Source: an uncultured Verrucomicrobiales bacterium
GTDB lineage: Bacteria; Verrucomicrobiota; Verrucomicrobiia; Verrucomicrobiales; Akkermansiaceae
Direction of reading: 5' to 3'
Length of the DNA: 64,000 nt
Assembly: GCA_937934595.1 (NCBI GenBank)
Contig: CALGZA010000036.1
Coordinates: 7,637 to 71,636 of the forward strand
Shown: one piece after another, positions 31,261 through 41,767 of the stretch
Position numbering within the stretch: position 1 is the stretch's first letter
How the letters are laid out: every line of letters begins with the position of its first letter
Notes under the pieces: generated by a model
The model's database searches: none
The model's input: only the letters and a program-made list of their open reading frames with translations
What the model was told of the DNA's origin: nothing
Made by a program: the position numbers and the translations under genes

Positions 31261-32196
31261 CTAAATCCTCCCCCGCATCGACCTTAAATTCTCCAGCTCA
31301 TTAAGAACCTTATCCACGCCTAACACATTAGGCAAATGAATCACCTCATTACTCCCCCCACTTGTTCGTATAACCAAATCCCCAGAACCAAACCCCAATA
31401 AATAATGCTTAAAGAAATTATCTAACTTCTTCTCCATCATCACACCAATAGTATCATAAGCACGCGCGCCCTCACCTATCTCATGAACAATAGTCACTGT
31501 ATTAGATTCTATCTTCACATACTTACGCGTATCAAAAAGGAAAACCACCAAACACCAAGGCAAGAAAAGCATCACACCAATAGCCAAATAAAACCCATGA
31601 TTAAGATAAACCGGCTGCTGAATAACCCAGCTCGATACCGTATCCCACACCCCATAATATGACATAAGAAAGACTCCAAAAATCAAACACACTAACGTTA
31701 ACAAAGCCCACACCCCCCTCAAATTCACCCCAGTAGCAAAAAGCGAAAATGCCAGCACCATAATATACACCAGCCCATAACCCGTCTCCTGCATCACCAA
31801 CAAACTAGTACTCAATCCCTCAACAGCCACATGCGAACCAAAAAACAACGTAATATCCCCAAAAACAAAACTCACTAACCAAAGCGGCCAATAATAAAAG
31901 AACTCCGAATGTGAATAAAACGTAATGCTATCACTAGACTTCTTGTATCGCGCAGTATGAAACATCTGACCCAAAGCCCATATAGCCAGTGCAATAGGCG
32001 TAAACGCAATAGGCGTAATCCCCTCTTGCCCCTTCTTAGAATAAAATATAACAACCGCAGCTACCCCCATTATAAGAGCAATAAAAAAGTAAACAAGAGG
32101 CGCCCTACTTTTACCAAGCTCTGACGGACTCTGTGAATTAGTATATTGAGTTACCTCATTATCTACCGGATTGGATGTATTTGTTTCTTCAGACAT
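31261..32196 (-). CDS. Hypothetical multi-pass membrane protein with C-terminal soluble (bacterial PH-like) domain
   Basis: About 6 hydrophobic segments; tail LLGFGSGDLVIRTSGG...LPNV resembles bPH-type domains. Confidence 0.75.
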   Translation of the reverse strand: MSEETNTSNPVDNEVTQYTNSQSPSELGKSRAPLVYFFIALIMGVAAVVIFYSKKGQEGITPIAFTPIALAIWALGQMFHTARYKKSSDSITFYSHSEFFYYWPLWLVSFVFGDITLFFGSHVAVEGLSTSLLVMQETGYGLVYIMVLAFSLFATGVNLRGVWALLTLVCLIFGVFLMSYYGVWDTVSSWVIQQPVYLNHGFYLAIGVMLFLPWCLVVFLFDTRKYVKIESNTVTIVHEIGEGARAYDTIGVMMEKKLDNFFKHYLLGFGSGDLVIRTSGGSNEVIHLPNVLGVDKVLNELENLRSMRGRI

Positions 32197-32286
32197 AGTT
32201 TTGATGACAAAAGTCTACACCGAGAGATCAATTTAACAAGTTTGAGCTTTCTAAAATTATGACCTTTGAATAAATAGCAGAGAGTC

Positions 32287-32504
32287 TAACAACATTTGCA
32301 CAACTATTCTGGATTAAACAGCAAGATCAAAGCGGTAAAAACAATAATGCAAAAGCTACCAGTTAAACTCACAAAACGTCTTGATAGCTATCCACTAACG
32401 AAGCTAATTCCGCTAAATTAATTTGCCAAAAAAAAATCAACTTTAACTAAAAAATAGAATCCATAAAACATCTACAAGCTCAGAATAACTGTTAAATTGC
32501 TATT
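32287..32504 (+). mobile_element. Degenerate MITE-like copy
   Basis: Retains taacgaagctaat, aaaaaatcaact and cagaataactgttaaattgctatt in consensus order and at about consensus length. Confidence 0.7.
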
Positions 32505-32565
32505 CCTTAAGTATTGAAACTTATACCACACATAAAACACATATTTCCTCAATATGCTATAGAGC

Positions 32566-32594
32566 TTGACAAGATCGATCTGACTAAACATACT
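32566..32594 (+). promoter_or_regulatory. Candidate sigma70 promoter of the PEP-CTERM gene
   Basis: TTGACA, 17 nt spacer, CATACT; 60 bp upstream of the ATG. Confidence 0.5.
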
Positions 32595-32654
32595 TAAGTA
32601 TTAGCGACTATTTCATCTTTACGAGTAACCTTAAATACTAACTTCACCAACATT

Positions 32655-33314
32655 ATGAAACAAAAACATAACAAACCTTTGATTCTATTCATAGTATCTA
32701 CTACTCTCACAAGTGGCTTGCTCCTAGCAGATCCTATTTTTCCCGTATCAGCTGTTGCATCCAGTCATTTTAGAGATAATTCTGCAGATCTGTTAATTGA
32801 TAGCAGTGGATTTGAAGAGGATATATTTTTTATTGAAGATAGTTTTATACCAGAAGGTAATAACAACTTCGCAACTTCATGGGTAACCGACTCATGGCCA
32901 GGATCTTATGTGGATTTTGATCTAGGAGGAACTTTTGACGTGACTGATTCCCATGTATGGAATTACTCCCAAAATAATGAGGGCGTTCCTAATTCATTTC
33001 AGATTGGTTCTTACCAATTAACTTTTTCAAGCGATTCTACTTTTGATGCTAGTGACTCGATGTCCTCTGTATTTAATCTAGCTGCAGTCGTAGGTGAAGA
33101 ATCCGACAATACCGGTTCGCATGAGAATTTTACTGCGGTTCCTAATGTTAGTCATATCAGGCTTTCCCTAGTATCTCGAATAGATGGAAATGCTAGCGGA
33201 TTTGGAGCACTATCTGAAGTCCGCTTCGGTGGTATAGCCTCTGTCCCTGAGCCCTCTTCTACATTACTCCTAGGCCTTGCCTCCCTGGCATTACTCAAAA
33301 GAAGACGCAAATAA
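32655..33314 (+). CDS. PEP-CTERM surface protein (discoidin/F5-8-like beta-sandwich)
   Basis: Signal peptide; YVDFDLGGTFDVTDSHVWNY; C-terminal VPEPSSTLLLGLASLALLKRRRK. Confidence 0.93.
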   Translation: MKQKHNKPLILFIVSTTLTSGLLLADPIFPVSAVASSHFRDNSADLLIDSSGFEEDIFFIEDSFIPEGNNNFATSWVTDSWPGSYVDFDLGGTFDVTDSHVWNYSQNNEGVPNSFQIGSYQLTFSSDSTFDASDSMSSVFNLAAVVGEESDNTGSHENFTAVPNVSHIRLSLVSRIDGNASGFGALSEVRFGGIASVPEPSSTLLLGLASLALLKRRRK

Positions 33315-33336
33315 GCAAATACAAAATCATACTCCA

Positions 33337-33365
33337 GCAACAGGTAACAACCCTGTGGCTTTTTT
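33337..33365 (+). terminator. Probable intrinsic terminator
   Basis: gcaacagg-taacaac-cctgtggc imperfect hairpin followed by TTTTTT, between convergent genes. Confidence 0.55.
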
Positions 33366-33385
33366 GTTTCAAAATCAAAACCCCA

Positions 33386-36300
33386 TCACTCACCACCCTG
33401 CCGTATCTCCGGATCTACATCAATAGGCAGCTTCTTCTTACCAGGCTTACCAGTCTTCTCTATACTCTCCACCCCATCTTCCTCAGCTGCCATCACATTG
33501 ATATCTACCTCCACAGGAACTGCTCTTAACCCAGATATTATCTTCTCCAGCTGAGAAATCGTCTGGGAATGCAGTGTTTGCGGCTGATTATAGTTATCAG
33601 ATGCCGTTGTTATACTCTCATTTATCGAAGTCAATTGCGCCACAAGACGCGTCACCGGATCAGACTCACCATCACCGCCCACCATCTTATTCCTTGTAAA
33701 ATCCTTCTTAATACTATCCCAGCGAGCAACCTCCTCAGGCGTAGCCAAACCTTCCATTTCCTTAAACTTCAATAAATTCGACTCCGCTCCACTAGTGAGC
33801 GTCTGTGACTCATTTTCATAATGATCCAAAATAATATCCAAAACCTCCTGATCCGTCATCAAAGGAATAATCTTCTCAGCTATACGATTCATATTCCGGT
33901 AAGAACCCTGGAGCTTAAACGGAGGCTCAGTCCGGTAGGCATCCTCCTGCGCAGCACTCTCAATATACTGCAAGTTCACCCGCAAAATAGCATCTCGTAT
34001 ACGATACAGATGCTTAGTCACTTTAACCATCTCATCAATCTCAGCTGGCGTATAATTACCATCAAAATCAATACCCTCCTGACTATCAGTCTCAGCTATG
34101 CGCATCACAGCATATACATCCGTCTGACTTTTACTAGCCAACTTACTCAGAATCTTATTCGATGTAAGCGAGTTCTCAATATAAGAAGCCTTAAAATCCT
34201 CAGCAGCTCCTCCTATAATATCACCCAGATTATAAGTATCCGCTCGGTTAGCTAACATATCAGGAATTTGAAATTTCCCACCAGTCTCCGTATACGGGTT
34301 ACCAGCCATCACAACCGCCACTTTCTTACCCCTCAAGTCATATGTCTTAGCCACCCCATTATAAACTCCTTCTATCTTTCGTTGCGCATCACATAGAGAA
34401 ATGAATTTCTGCAAAAACTCTGAATGCGTATGCTGAATATCATCCAAGTAGATCAATACATTATCCCCCATCTCTAACGCCAAATTCAACTTCTTCACCT
34501 CCTCTGCAGCCGTCGCATTGGGTGCCTCTAAAGGATCCAGCGACGTAACATCATGACCCAGAGCCGGCCCATTGATCTTCATAAAAGTAAGACCCAAACG
34601 GTTGGCTACATACTCCATGATGGTAGTCTTACCGTAACCAGGTGGAGAAATCAAAAGAAGCATACCCATCCTATCCGTTCTAGTATCCTTACCAGCTGTA
34701 CCTAACTGCTTGGCTAAATTATCACCTATCATAGGTAAATAGAGATTATTCAGTAGCTTATTCCGAACAAAAGCAGACATCACTTTCGGCTTAAACTCAT
34801 CAAGACGCATAGAGACTCGCTTTGCCTCTAATAGCTCATGCTTCCTATCTTGATAAGCTTGGAACGTCGGCACAGCATTCCCACAGAAATCACGTAGCTT
34901 ATCCATGAACCGATTATAATGCAGATGATAAACACCCCCATCAACTACCGCATGAGACCCAATCATCCCCTCCACATCAACACTCACCCTCACATCATGA
35001 ACCGCTAATTGTTGAATCCCGCCACGCACCAAATGTGCTGCAGCTTCAGCTAAATAATGACCAGAATCCCCACGCTCAGAATCCTCCAGACCTTGCTCCA
35101 ACCTATCTAACAATACCTCATACTTCGCCGTCTCACTAACTTCTAACTTATCCATCACCTCATTGAATTCTTTCTCAGTATGTGATACAGTCAGTCTATG
35201 CTTAAAACCCTTCACCAACTCAGCCGCTTCCGGAGAAACAACAAATCCCTGACTCTGCTTTCCCTCACAAAGCTGACTAAACAAATAGTCAGCAGCACTC
35301 CTAGGATGACTAGAAATACTACCTGCAATCGGATTTTCAGACAGCCAAACCTCTAAATACTCAAAGAGCTGATCAGCATAATTATGCCGCCTATCCGCAC
35401 CTGAAACCTTACGAGCTCCACCACCACCTTGAGATCCAAGAACAATCCCACGCCCATGAGCAGATAACTTTATAGACAAGATATCCCGCTCAGGCGACTG
35501 CCAACTTTGCCAAAATAACATCGCTAAAGCCCGATCTCGCGCATCAAAGCGCAATAACCCTATATCTTCATGAATCGGTAATATCGCCTCAAGCAGCTTC
35601 GCCGCATCTACATCATGAACCCCTTTCGTATATGACTCTGCATAACGAGGCTGAGAAAATTTCTGCACAAAGTCCAACCGCTCACCCGCATCAGCAAAAC
35701 CAAAATCCTCCCCACTCATCAGTATCTGATACACAAGATACTCTACCCTATAAACATCCTTATTCTCTGACATCACCTCCTGATCCCAGACCCCTCTAGT
35801 CGACAAAAAACCCTCATCAGTAATGCGCTCAAAATAATCAGTCCCATTCAAATGAAAACACATATACTCATCCTGCGGAACCACCGTAAGCTGAAGATCC
35901 TGTGTATTCACATTAAACTTCTGCTTACCAAACTGAATGATGTTCTCACCATCCACATAAAGCTCATTACGGTCCTTTAATTGACGTACAGCATCTTCTC
36001 GTGTCGTTTTCAACCGTGTCTGAATATCATCCGCTTTGACACTGTCACCTAAATCAATAAGCTGTGCTATAATATCACGGACCTTTTCAATCATAAGATC
36101 ACCTGCAAAATAACCATTAATCTCATTGATCTCTTTAAACCCTGATACACGATTCTTAATCCCTGAAAGTATACGCTCAGCAGATTTTATTAGAGTATTT
36201 GCCCGCTTACTCTTCTTTTCTAACAACTGCTGCTTACGCCCCTCAAAGGCATTATATATCTCCTCCCTCTTGCCCGTTAACTCCTCAACATAATCATCAA

Positions 36301-38497
36301 ACTCAGAGAACTTGCCCTCAAGCTCCTCAATTTGTATCATCACTTTAGTCAAGTAACCCTCAGTCTTTTCAGGTGTATCACAAAGATCCAGATAACTCAC
36401 CACCGCCTGGCTGAGAAGCTTCATCTGTGATCCAAACTGAGCCATACCCTCAGACTTAGATAAATCCCTACGCTTATTCTTTAACTCCACCTTCACCCCA
36501 TTAAGAGTAGAATAAATAGACGATATAGAATCTATAATAGCCGTAGTCTTTGTAGAATCCTCTATCTTCAAGTTAGACACCACATCAATCAACATCTCTA
36601 AATCCAAACCAGATTCCGTAAGCGCCTCTCCTAACTCGTCGACTTCAGTCACCTTCGTCAACTTTTTCAATGCTTCCTTCTGCTCACTAACCTTGTTAAG
36701 ATAAGGATCTAAAGCCTGTGGCTCTAACAAAAACGAGACAGTCTTATCAGAAACAACACCCGTAGCATCTACAACACGCTGCTCCAATATCTCAGTCGCC
36801 TCTACATCCATGTAGCGCATCTCTCGCGTAGAAATAATCTCACCCCGTATCGTTCTTAACTCAGAAAGCTGCTTTACAAAACCAAGTATATCATCTGGCG
36901 GCGAATGCTCAGCTGAACGGAGTATCTTATCCGAACGCTCTGTAATATCACCTAAGCGCTCCCTCGCAGTATAACGCAAGCGCTTTACCTTATCAAACTC
37001 CTCTATAGCAGAATTCGCAGCCTCATTGATCAACTTAAGCGGCTCATCTAAACGCTTAGTCTCATCACGTGCAATCCAAAAATAACTATCTAACAAATCC
37101 GATGACTTCTTGACCAAATCAAGATAAAGCCCACCATAATTATCATCCTTAGCCACAAGCGTAAGAATCGCCCTGCACTCAGCCATCGCTGATACAATTT
37201 CCGCATTTCCTATCTTAAATAAATAAGACGCCTCATCTTTTTGCTGAGAAGCCACAGCATCCTGACTCAATATAGGTGTCTGCCATATCTGTATACTATG
37301 ATGCTTCTGTGCTTCAATCTCAGTCTTAAAATAGAGCAATTCCCCATTATCAAATAGCGAATACCCATTACATACTATCGGTGTCGAAACCTCTTGCTCA
37401 ATAAGATTATAACTTAAAAGTGCATAATCACCACTCACTCTATTATAAAATGCAAACAATGTATCCTCTCCATTCCCAGAACTCACTCTGCGCTCAAAAC
37501 GCATATCTGTCAGCCCATGATCAAACGTCTTTAACTCACCACTCAAAAGATAATAACCATTCGCAAATATAATTCCATGATCCTCCGGTAACAACACACA
37601 AGAATTACCTATGGAATCTATTCTCTCCACACTCTGATTCTTCTCGTTATATACAAAATAACGGTAAGCAGACTCACGATAAGGCAAAATCTTAAGCAAA
37701 ATCAACGGACCTACTATCGCATAATAAATCTCAGAATCATCCAGCGTCTGGTCCTCATCCTCAACCTCCTCTGAAAAAACACCTACTCCATCTGCCGTAT
37801 TATCCTCAACCTTGATCGTCAAGTCACCACCTATTGTCTCCACAAAAACTCGGTCCTCTATCGAAATATGCGGATGCTCACCACTACGGTGCATATCCCT
37901 ATTACACCGCAACCAATCAAACTCTTGCTGAGCAGGAAATTGGTATTCATGATCAAACCTATTCCCCTCATACTTCAAAACGCCATCACCCTGCAGCAAC
38001 CACTTGAACGTCTTAATATCAGTATGCTCCTTACCAATGCGTAAAGCCATATAAAGATAGGGCCCTATCACCATCATCTTCGCAAAAACAGTCTTCTTAT
38101 AATACTTATATAGATACTTAAAATCCTCAACAAATGCAGCATCACCTAAAACATCCTCAACCGGTAACTGACTAAATGTGTGAGCATCAGGATCATATTC
38201 ATAAACAGCAAAAACATCCTTTATGTCAGTCGTTGCCTTTAGACCAAACTGAATATTATATCCAAAAATAAAACGATTATTACCAATAGATATCAAATCT
38301 CGTGGAGTACAATTATGCTCAGTTGCCACACGCTCAGTTGAAACAAGCGCAGCCTCCACAGCCCCAAAAATCCCCTTCCGCTCCACATTAAGAGCATCTA
38401 AGCGTCCTCGTAAGTCTAATGCTTGCTTCTGCAAACGAGCCTGTATCACCTCATAAGCTCCACCCTCCAGTTGCTGTTTATTATTTTCTTCTGACAT
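33386..38497 (-). CDS. Very large coiled-coil AAA+ ATPase (DUF3686, so-called DNA repair ATPase family)
   Basis: GGAYEVIQARL N-terminus; long coiled coil; Walker A SPPGYGKTT, Walker B IYLDDIQH, MAGNPYTE; follows flotillin. Confidence 0.85.
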   Translation of the reverse strand: MSEENNKQQLEGGAYEVIQARLQKQALDLRGRLDALNVERKGIFGAVEAALVSTERVATEHNCTPRDLISIGNNRFIFGYNIQFGLKATTDIKDVFAVYEYDPDAHTFSQLPVEDVLGDAAFVEDFKYLYKYYKKTVFAKMMVIGPYLYMALRIGKEHTDIKTFKWLLQGDGVLKYEGNRFDHEYQFPAQQEFDWLRCNRDMHRSGEHPHISIEDRVFVETIGGDLTIKVEDNTADGVGVFSEEVEDEDQTLDDSEIYYAIVGPLILLKILPYRESAYRYFVYNEKNQSVERIDSIGNSCVLLPEDHGIIFANGYYLLSGELKTFDHGLTDMRFERRVSSGNGEDTLFAFYNRVSGDYALLSYNLIEQEVSTPIVCNGYSLFDNGELLYFKTEIEAQKHHSIQIWQTPILSQDAVASQQKDEASYLFKIGNAEIVSAMAECRAILTLVAKDDNYGGLYLDLVKKSSDLLDSYFWIARDETKRLDEPLKLINEAANSAIEEFDKVKRLRYTARERLGDITERSDKILRSAEHSPPDDILGFVKQLSELRTIRGEIISTREMRYMDVEATEILEQRVVDATGVVSDKTVSFLLEPQALDPYLNKVSEQKEALKKLTKVTEVDELGEALTESGLDLEMLIDVVSNLKIEDSTKTTAIIDSISSIYSTLNGVKVELKNKRRDLSKSEGMAQFGSQMKLLSQAVVSYLDLCDTPEKTEGYLTKVMIQIEELEGKFSEFDDYVEELTGKREEIYNAFEGRKQQLLEKKSKRANTLIKSAERILSGIKNRVSGFKEINEINGYFAGDLMIEKVRDIIAQLIDLGDSVKADDIQTRLKTTREDAVRQLKDRNELYVDGENIIQFGKQKFNVNTQDLQLTVVPQDEYMCFHLNGTDYFERITDEGFLSTRGVWDQEVMSENKDVYRVEYLVYQILMSGEDFGFADAGERLDFVQKFSQPRYAESYTKGVHDVDAAKLLEAILPIHEDIGLLRFDARDRALAMLFWQSWQSPERDILSIKLSAHGRGIVLGSQGGGGARKVSGADRRHNYADQLFEYLEVWLSENPIAGSISSHPRSAADYLFSQLCEGKQSQGFVVSPEAAELVKGFKHRLTVSHTEKEFNEVMDKLEVSETAKYEVLLDRLEQGLEDSERGDSGHYLAEAAAHLVRGGIQQLAVHDVRVSVDVEGMIGSHAVVDGGVYHLHYNRFMDKLRDFCGNAVPTFQAYQDRKHELLEAKRVSMRLDEFKPKVMSAFVRNKLLNNLYLPMIGDNLAKQLGTAGKDTRTDRMGMLLLISPPGYGKTTIMEYVANRLGLTFMKINGPALGHDVTSLDPLEAPNATAAEEVKKLNLALEMGDNVLIYLDDIQHTHSEFLQKFISLCDAQRKIEGVYNGVAKTYDLRGKKVAVVMAGNPYTETGGKFQIPDMLANRADTYNLGDIIGGAAEDFKASYIENSLTSNKILSKLASKSQTDVYAVMRIAETDSQEGIDFDGNYTPAEIDEMVKVTKHLYRIRDAILRVNLQYIESAAQEDAYRTEPPFKLQGSYRNMNRIAEKIIPLMTDQEVLDIILDHYENESQTLTSGAESNLLKFKEMEGLATPEEVARWDSIKKDFTRNKMVGGDGESDPVTRLVAQLTSINESITTASDNYNQPQTLHSQTISQLEKIISGLRAVPVEVDINVMAAEEDGVESIEKTGKPGKKKLPIDVDPEIRQGGE

Positions 38498-38600
38498 TAT
38501 TTCACTAAAATTAATTGATTCCTATTACCTCGCACCACTCTAACCCATCTCTCCAATAGAAAAGGCTCTAACTGCCTAACTAAAGAAAAATGCTAAAATC

Positions 38601-38840
38601 CTAATTCACGATACCTCCTATGCATAACCGCGGATAACTTTGCAAATTCACCAGTATACCCAGCTGCTTTACTGATGCCTGCAAATAATTGAGAGCCTTA
38701 GACACAAACGCTACATCTTGATCCACAAGATCCAGCTCCAGACATTCCTGGTAACCATTCTCAAGAAATCCTGCGCCCTTCTCATTATAAACAGCACCTC
38801 TCAGCGCATAAGTTTCATCCTTAAAATATAAATCCTTCAT
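38601..38840 (-). pseudogene. Internally deleted GxxExxY (PD-(D/E)xK-like) gene
   Basis: GAVYNEKGAGFLENGYQECLEL (GxxExxY) is joined in frame to LNYLQASVKQLGILVN; the family's central segment is absent (79 aa versus about 125). Confidence 0.75.
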
Positions 38841-38964
38841 TTCATCATACAGACCACCACTATAAAAGCATCATGCTGGTTCCGTTACTTCAGTATCTTC
38901 CGTAGTTAAAACATCGTCCTGCCGGGCTTCAACATCCACCCAGCAGAACAACATCACCAGCAAT

Positions 38965-41064
38965 CTACAAGAAATCCTTCGCTGGCCTATCTCCAAAACC
39001 AAATCGCTCAGCAGCACCTAACAAATTATTGATCTGTGCCTTAGCATCACCTTTTGCCATCGGCAGTAACTGAGTCAGCGCCGCAGTCACACTTAGATTC
39101 TTAAGATCCTCAGAATTAGCTCCAAATTGTGCAATCCACTCCTTCAGCTTACCTTTAAAGTAATCCGGATTACCATTGAAGAATGTATCCTTCACATCCG
39201 TTAAAACATGTGAATTATCCACTAAACGATCCGCAGCTTTACCCTTAATAATACTATTCGTAATACGGTCAAAGAATTCAGTCTCTCCACCCACAATATC
39301 AATCTTAGAATGCTTAAGGGCTTCACCAATAACAACTGCCTGCTGCTCAGCCACCTGACGCTGAACATCAATCTCAGCTAGCTCAATGACCTTCGCCTTA
39401 TCCAGCTCTAACTTGAACTCCTCGTGCTCCTGACCAGCCTCTTCAAACAGCTTCATAGCAGCTGCCTTCTGCTCAATACCCTTAGCCTCAGCCGCAAACC
39501 TAAGACCCTCAACTTCTGCCTCAGCTGCACCCTGCTTCTGAGTAGCTTCCGCATCTGCCAGCTTCACCTCTACAGCACCTAAGCCCTCAGCAGCTGTTTC
39601 TTTTGCTACAGCCTCAGCGATCATCTTCTTACCAGACGCATCTTTCTCAGATGCCGTAAGGTTCGCCTCAGCCATAATAATCCTCTCTTCTGCAGCCTTC
39701 TCACTAGCGGTCTTACTCGCCTCTGCTGCACGTGTTACTCGGTAAGCATCCTCATCAGCCTTAAGCTGAGCAGACTCTTTCTGAGCCTCCGCCTCCTTAA
39801 CCTGGCGTATTAGAATCTCAGCCGCCTCAGCTTCAGCAGTAGTCACGGTCACCTGCTTGTGACGCTCAGCTCCAGCAAAAGCCTCCGTATCCTTTATCTT
39901 CTCTTGCTCAATAACCACCGTCTTCTCCAGTGCAACTCGGTCTTTAATAACCTCCTGAATATTCTTCTTCTCTATCTCGATAGACTTCTCCTTCTCTATC
40001 GTCTTGAGTTCAGTCACACGCTCACGCTCGATCTCCTCAAGCATCCTCTCACGCTCAACTCTCTCTATCTCCACCGCATCAGTCCTCTCCTTATTACGAA
40101 GAGCCACTAACACCTGACGCTGCTTGTTCTCTTCCGCAATTTCAATTTCCTCCTCAGATGTTATACGAGCCTTCTCAGCCTTCTGGTTCTCCTCCTCACG
40201 CACCTTATCAGTCTCAGCCTGCTCACGTAATTTCACAATCTGTACTTCACGTGCTTGCTTAGCCTCAGTCTCAGCAAGCTGACGCTCTAACTCCAAAATA
40301 GCCTCCCGTGCCTCAACATCCTGCTGCTTTATAACCTTCTGCTTATCTCTCTGTATATGGTTAGAGATCTTCGCTTGCTCAGCAGTCAAATTATGAATCT
40401 TCTTTATACCCTCAGCATCAAGAATATTATCAGGATCCATCATCTCTAGTGGCGTCTGCTCCAAGTAATCAATAGCAGCATCATCTAATACAAAACCATT
40501 AAGATCCGTTCCTATCACTTTTAAGATCTCATCACGGAACTGATCACGCTGCTCGTAAAGCTGAATGAAATCAAATTGCTTACCCACAGTCTTCAGTGCC
40601 TCAGAAAACTTAGCATCAAAAAGATGACGAATCTCCTGCTCAGAAGATGCACGGTCACATCCAATCGCTCCAGCCACTTGGAGCACATCCTCATCAGCAT
40701 TATTCACTCTAACAAAAAACGCCACTTTAATGTCTGCACGCATATTATCCTTACAAATCAAACCGTTCTTCCCCGTTCTATCTATCTCAACACGCTTTAA
40801 AGAAATATCGATAAGATCAGCACGGTGCAAAATCGGTATGATCCTACCTCCGTTAAAATAAACCGCCGTCCCACCATAGCCAGTTCGCACAATAGCAGTC
40901 CCCTTCTCCACCTTACGGTAAAAAAGTATGGTGATAATCGCAACAATTGCGATAACTGCCACGATTAAACCCATTACCCAATAAATGATAGTAAGCGGAT
41001 TAGGTAAGGCCAAAGTAGTCCCAAAATTGGGTAAATTAAGTAGTATATTATTCATATTGTTCAT
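38965..41064 (-). CDS. Flotillin/SPFH-domain protein (YqiK-like)
   Basis: N-terminal TM, GLICKDNMRADIKVAFFVRVN, FSEALKTVGK, long EA-rich coiled coil. Confidence 0.92.
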   Translation of the reverse strand: MNNMNNILLNLPNFGTTLALPNPLTIIYWVMGLIVAVIAIVAIITILFYRKVEKGTAIVRTGYGGTAVYFNGGRIIPILHRADLIDISLKRVEIDRTGKNGLICKDNMRADIKVAFFVRVNNADEDVLQVAGAIGCDRASSEQEIRHLFDAKFSEALKTVGKQFDFIQLYEQRDQFRDEILKVIGTDLNGFVLDDAAIDYLEQTPLEMMDPDNILDAEGIKKIHNLTAEQAKISNHIQRDKQKVIKQQDVEAREAILELERQLAETEAKQAREVQIVKLREQAETDKVREEENQKAEKARITSEEEIEIAEENKQRQVLVALRNKERTDAVEIERVERERMLEEIERERVTELKTIEKEKSIEIEKKNIQEVIKDRVALEKTVVIEQEKIKDTEAFAGAERHKQVTVTTAEAEAAEILIRQVKEAEAQKESAQLKADEDAYRVTRAAEASKTASEKAAEERIIMAEANLTASEKDASGKKMIAEAVAKETAAEGLGAVEVKLADAEATQKQGAAEAEVEGLRFAAEAKGIEQKAAAMKLFEEAGQEHEEFKLELDKAKVIELAEIDVQRQVAEQQAVVIGEALKHSKIDIVGGETEFFDRITNSIIKGKAADRLVDNSHVLTDVKDTFFNGNPDYFKGKLKEWIAQFGANSEDLKNLSVTAALTQLLPMAKGDAKAQINNLLGAAERFGFGDRPAKDFL

Positions 41065-41767
41065 TAGTTGTTATTAAGTTTTCAGTTTCTTCTTTTCCAG
41101 ACTCTCGATAAATCTCATTGAGTTTATCCGTATGACTTGCCGTAAGAGATCTAACAATGTAGCGCTGTGATGACTCCTCGTATTTCACTACTAACACGTC
41201 ATCCCCCTTCTCCAAAGCCTCACCACCCTCGCTCAACTTACAGTTAAGCAGAGCCGGAGCATTTTTATCCCTTGGTATTTCTACCTGTCCATACCTATGG
41301 TCAATCACCTGGCTCTTCACTTTCCCCACCTGTCCTATCAAGGGGGCAGCTTGCTCCACGTCATTCTTAAGTGAATTGAAAAATGGAGCTATGGGCTTCG
41401 TCGTATATTTCGTCAAAATAACACTTAAGACAAAATTACCCCCAAAAAGCACCAACGCCAACCACTCAATCTCCTCCGGATTCAAAACATGGTTAGTCAA
41501 CATAGCAATCGCCCACATATAAATATTAATGAGTGTCAACACCAGCATCAGCGGAACTTCAGTTGCATTTACAAAGCTCAATACAGAACTAAAAAATCCA
41601 AACCCCACTCCATCAGCATTCACATCAGTATCCAAATCGATATCAACATCAGTGTCAAAATCCATAATACCAATACTGCTGACTAACCAGTATACAAAAA
41701 AGATGATCAACCCTATTGTTAAAGGTAGATTATAAGTCTGCGTTGCTTGTTCCCATATTTCTCTCAC
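41048..41767 (-). CDS. YqiJ/DUF1449-like (NfeD-type OB-fold) membrane protein
   Basis: TM helices with VPLMLVL, then LIGQVGKV...GQVEI OB-fold; overlaps the flotillin start. Confidence 0.8.
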   Translation of the reverse strand: MREIWEQATQTYNLPLTIGLIIFFVYWLVSSIGIMDFDTDVDIDLDTDVNADGVGFGFFSSVLSFVNATEVPLMLVLTLINIYMWAIAMLTNHVLNPEEIEWLALVLFGGNFVLSVILTKYTTKPIAPFFNSLKNDVEQAAPLIGQVGKVKSQVIDHRYGQVEIPRDKNAPALLNCKLSEGGEALEKGDDVLVVKYEESSQRYIVRSLTASHTDKLNEIYRESGKEETENLITTNEQYE

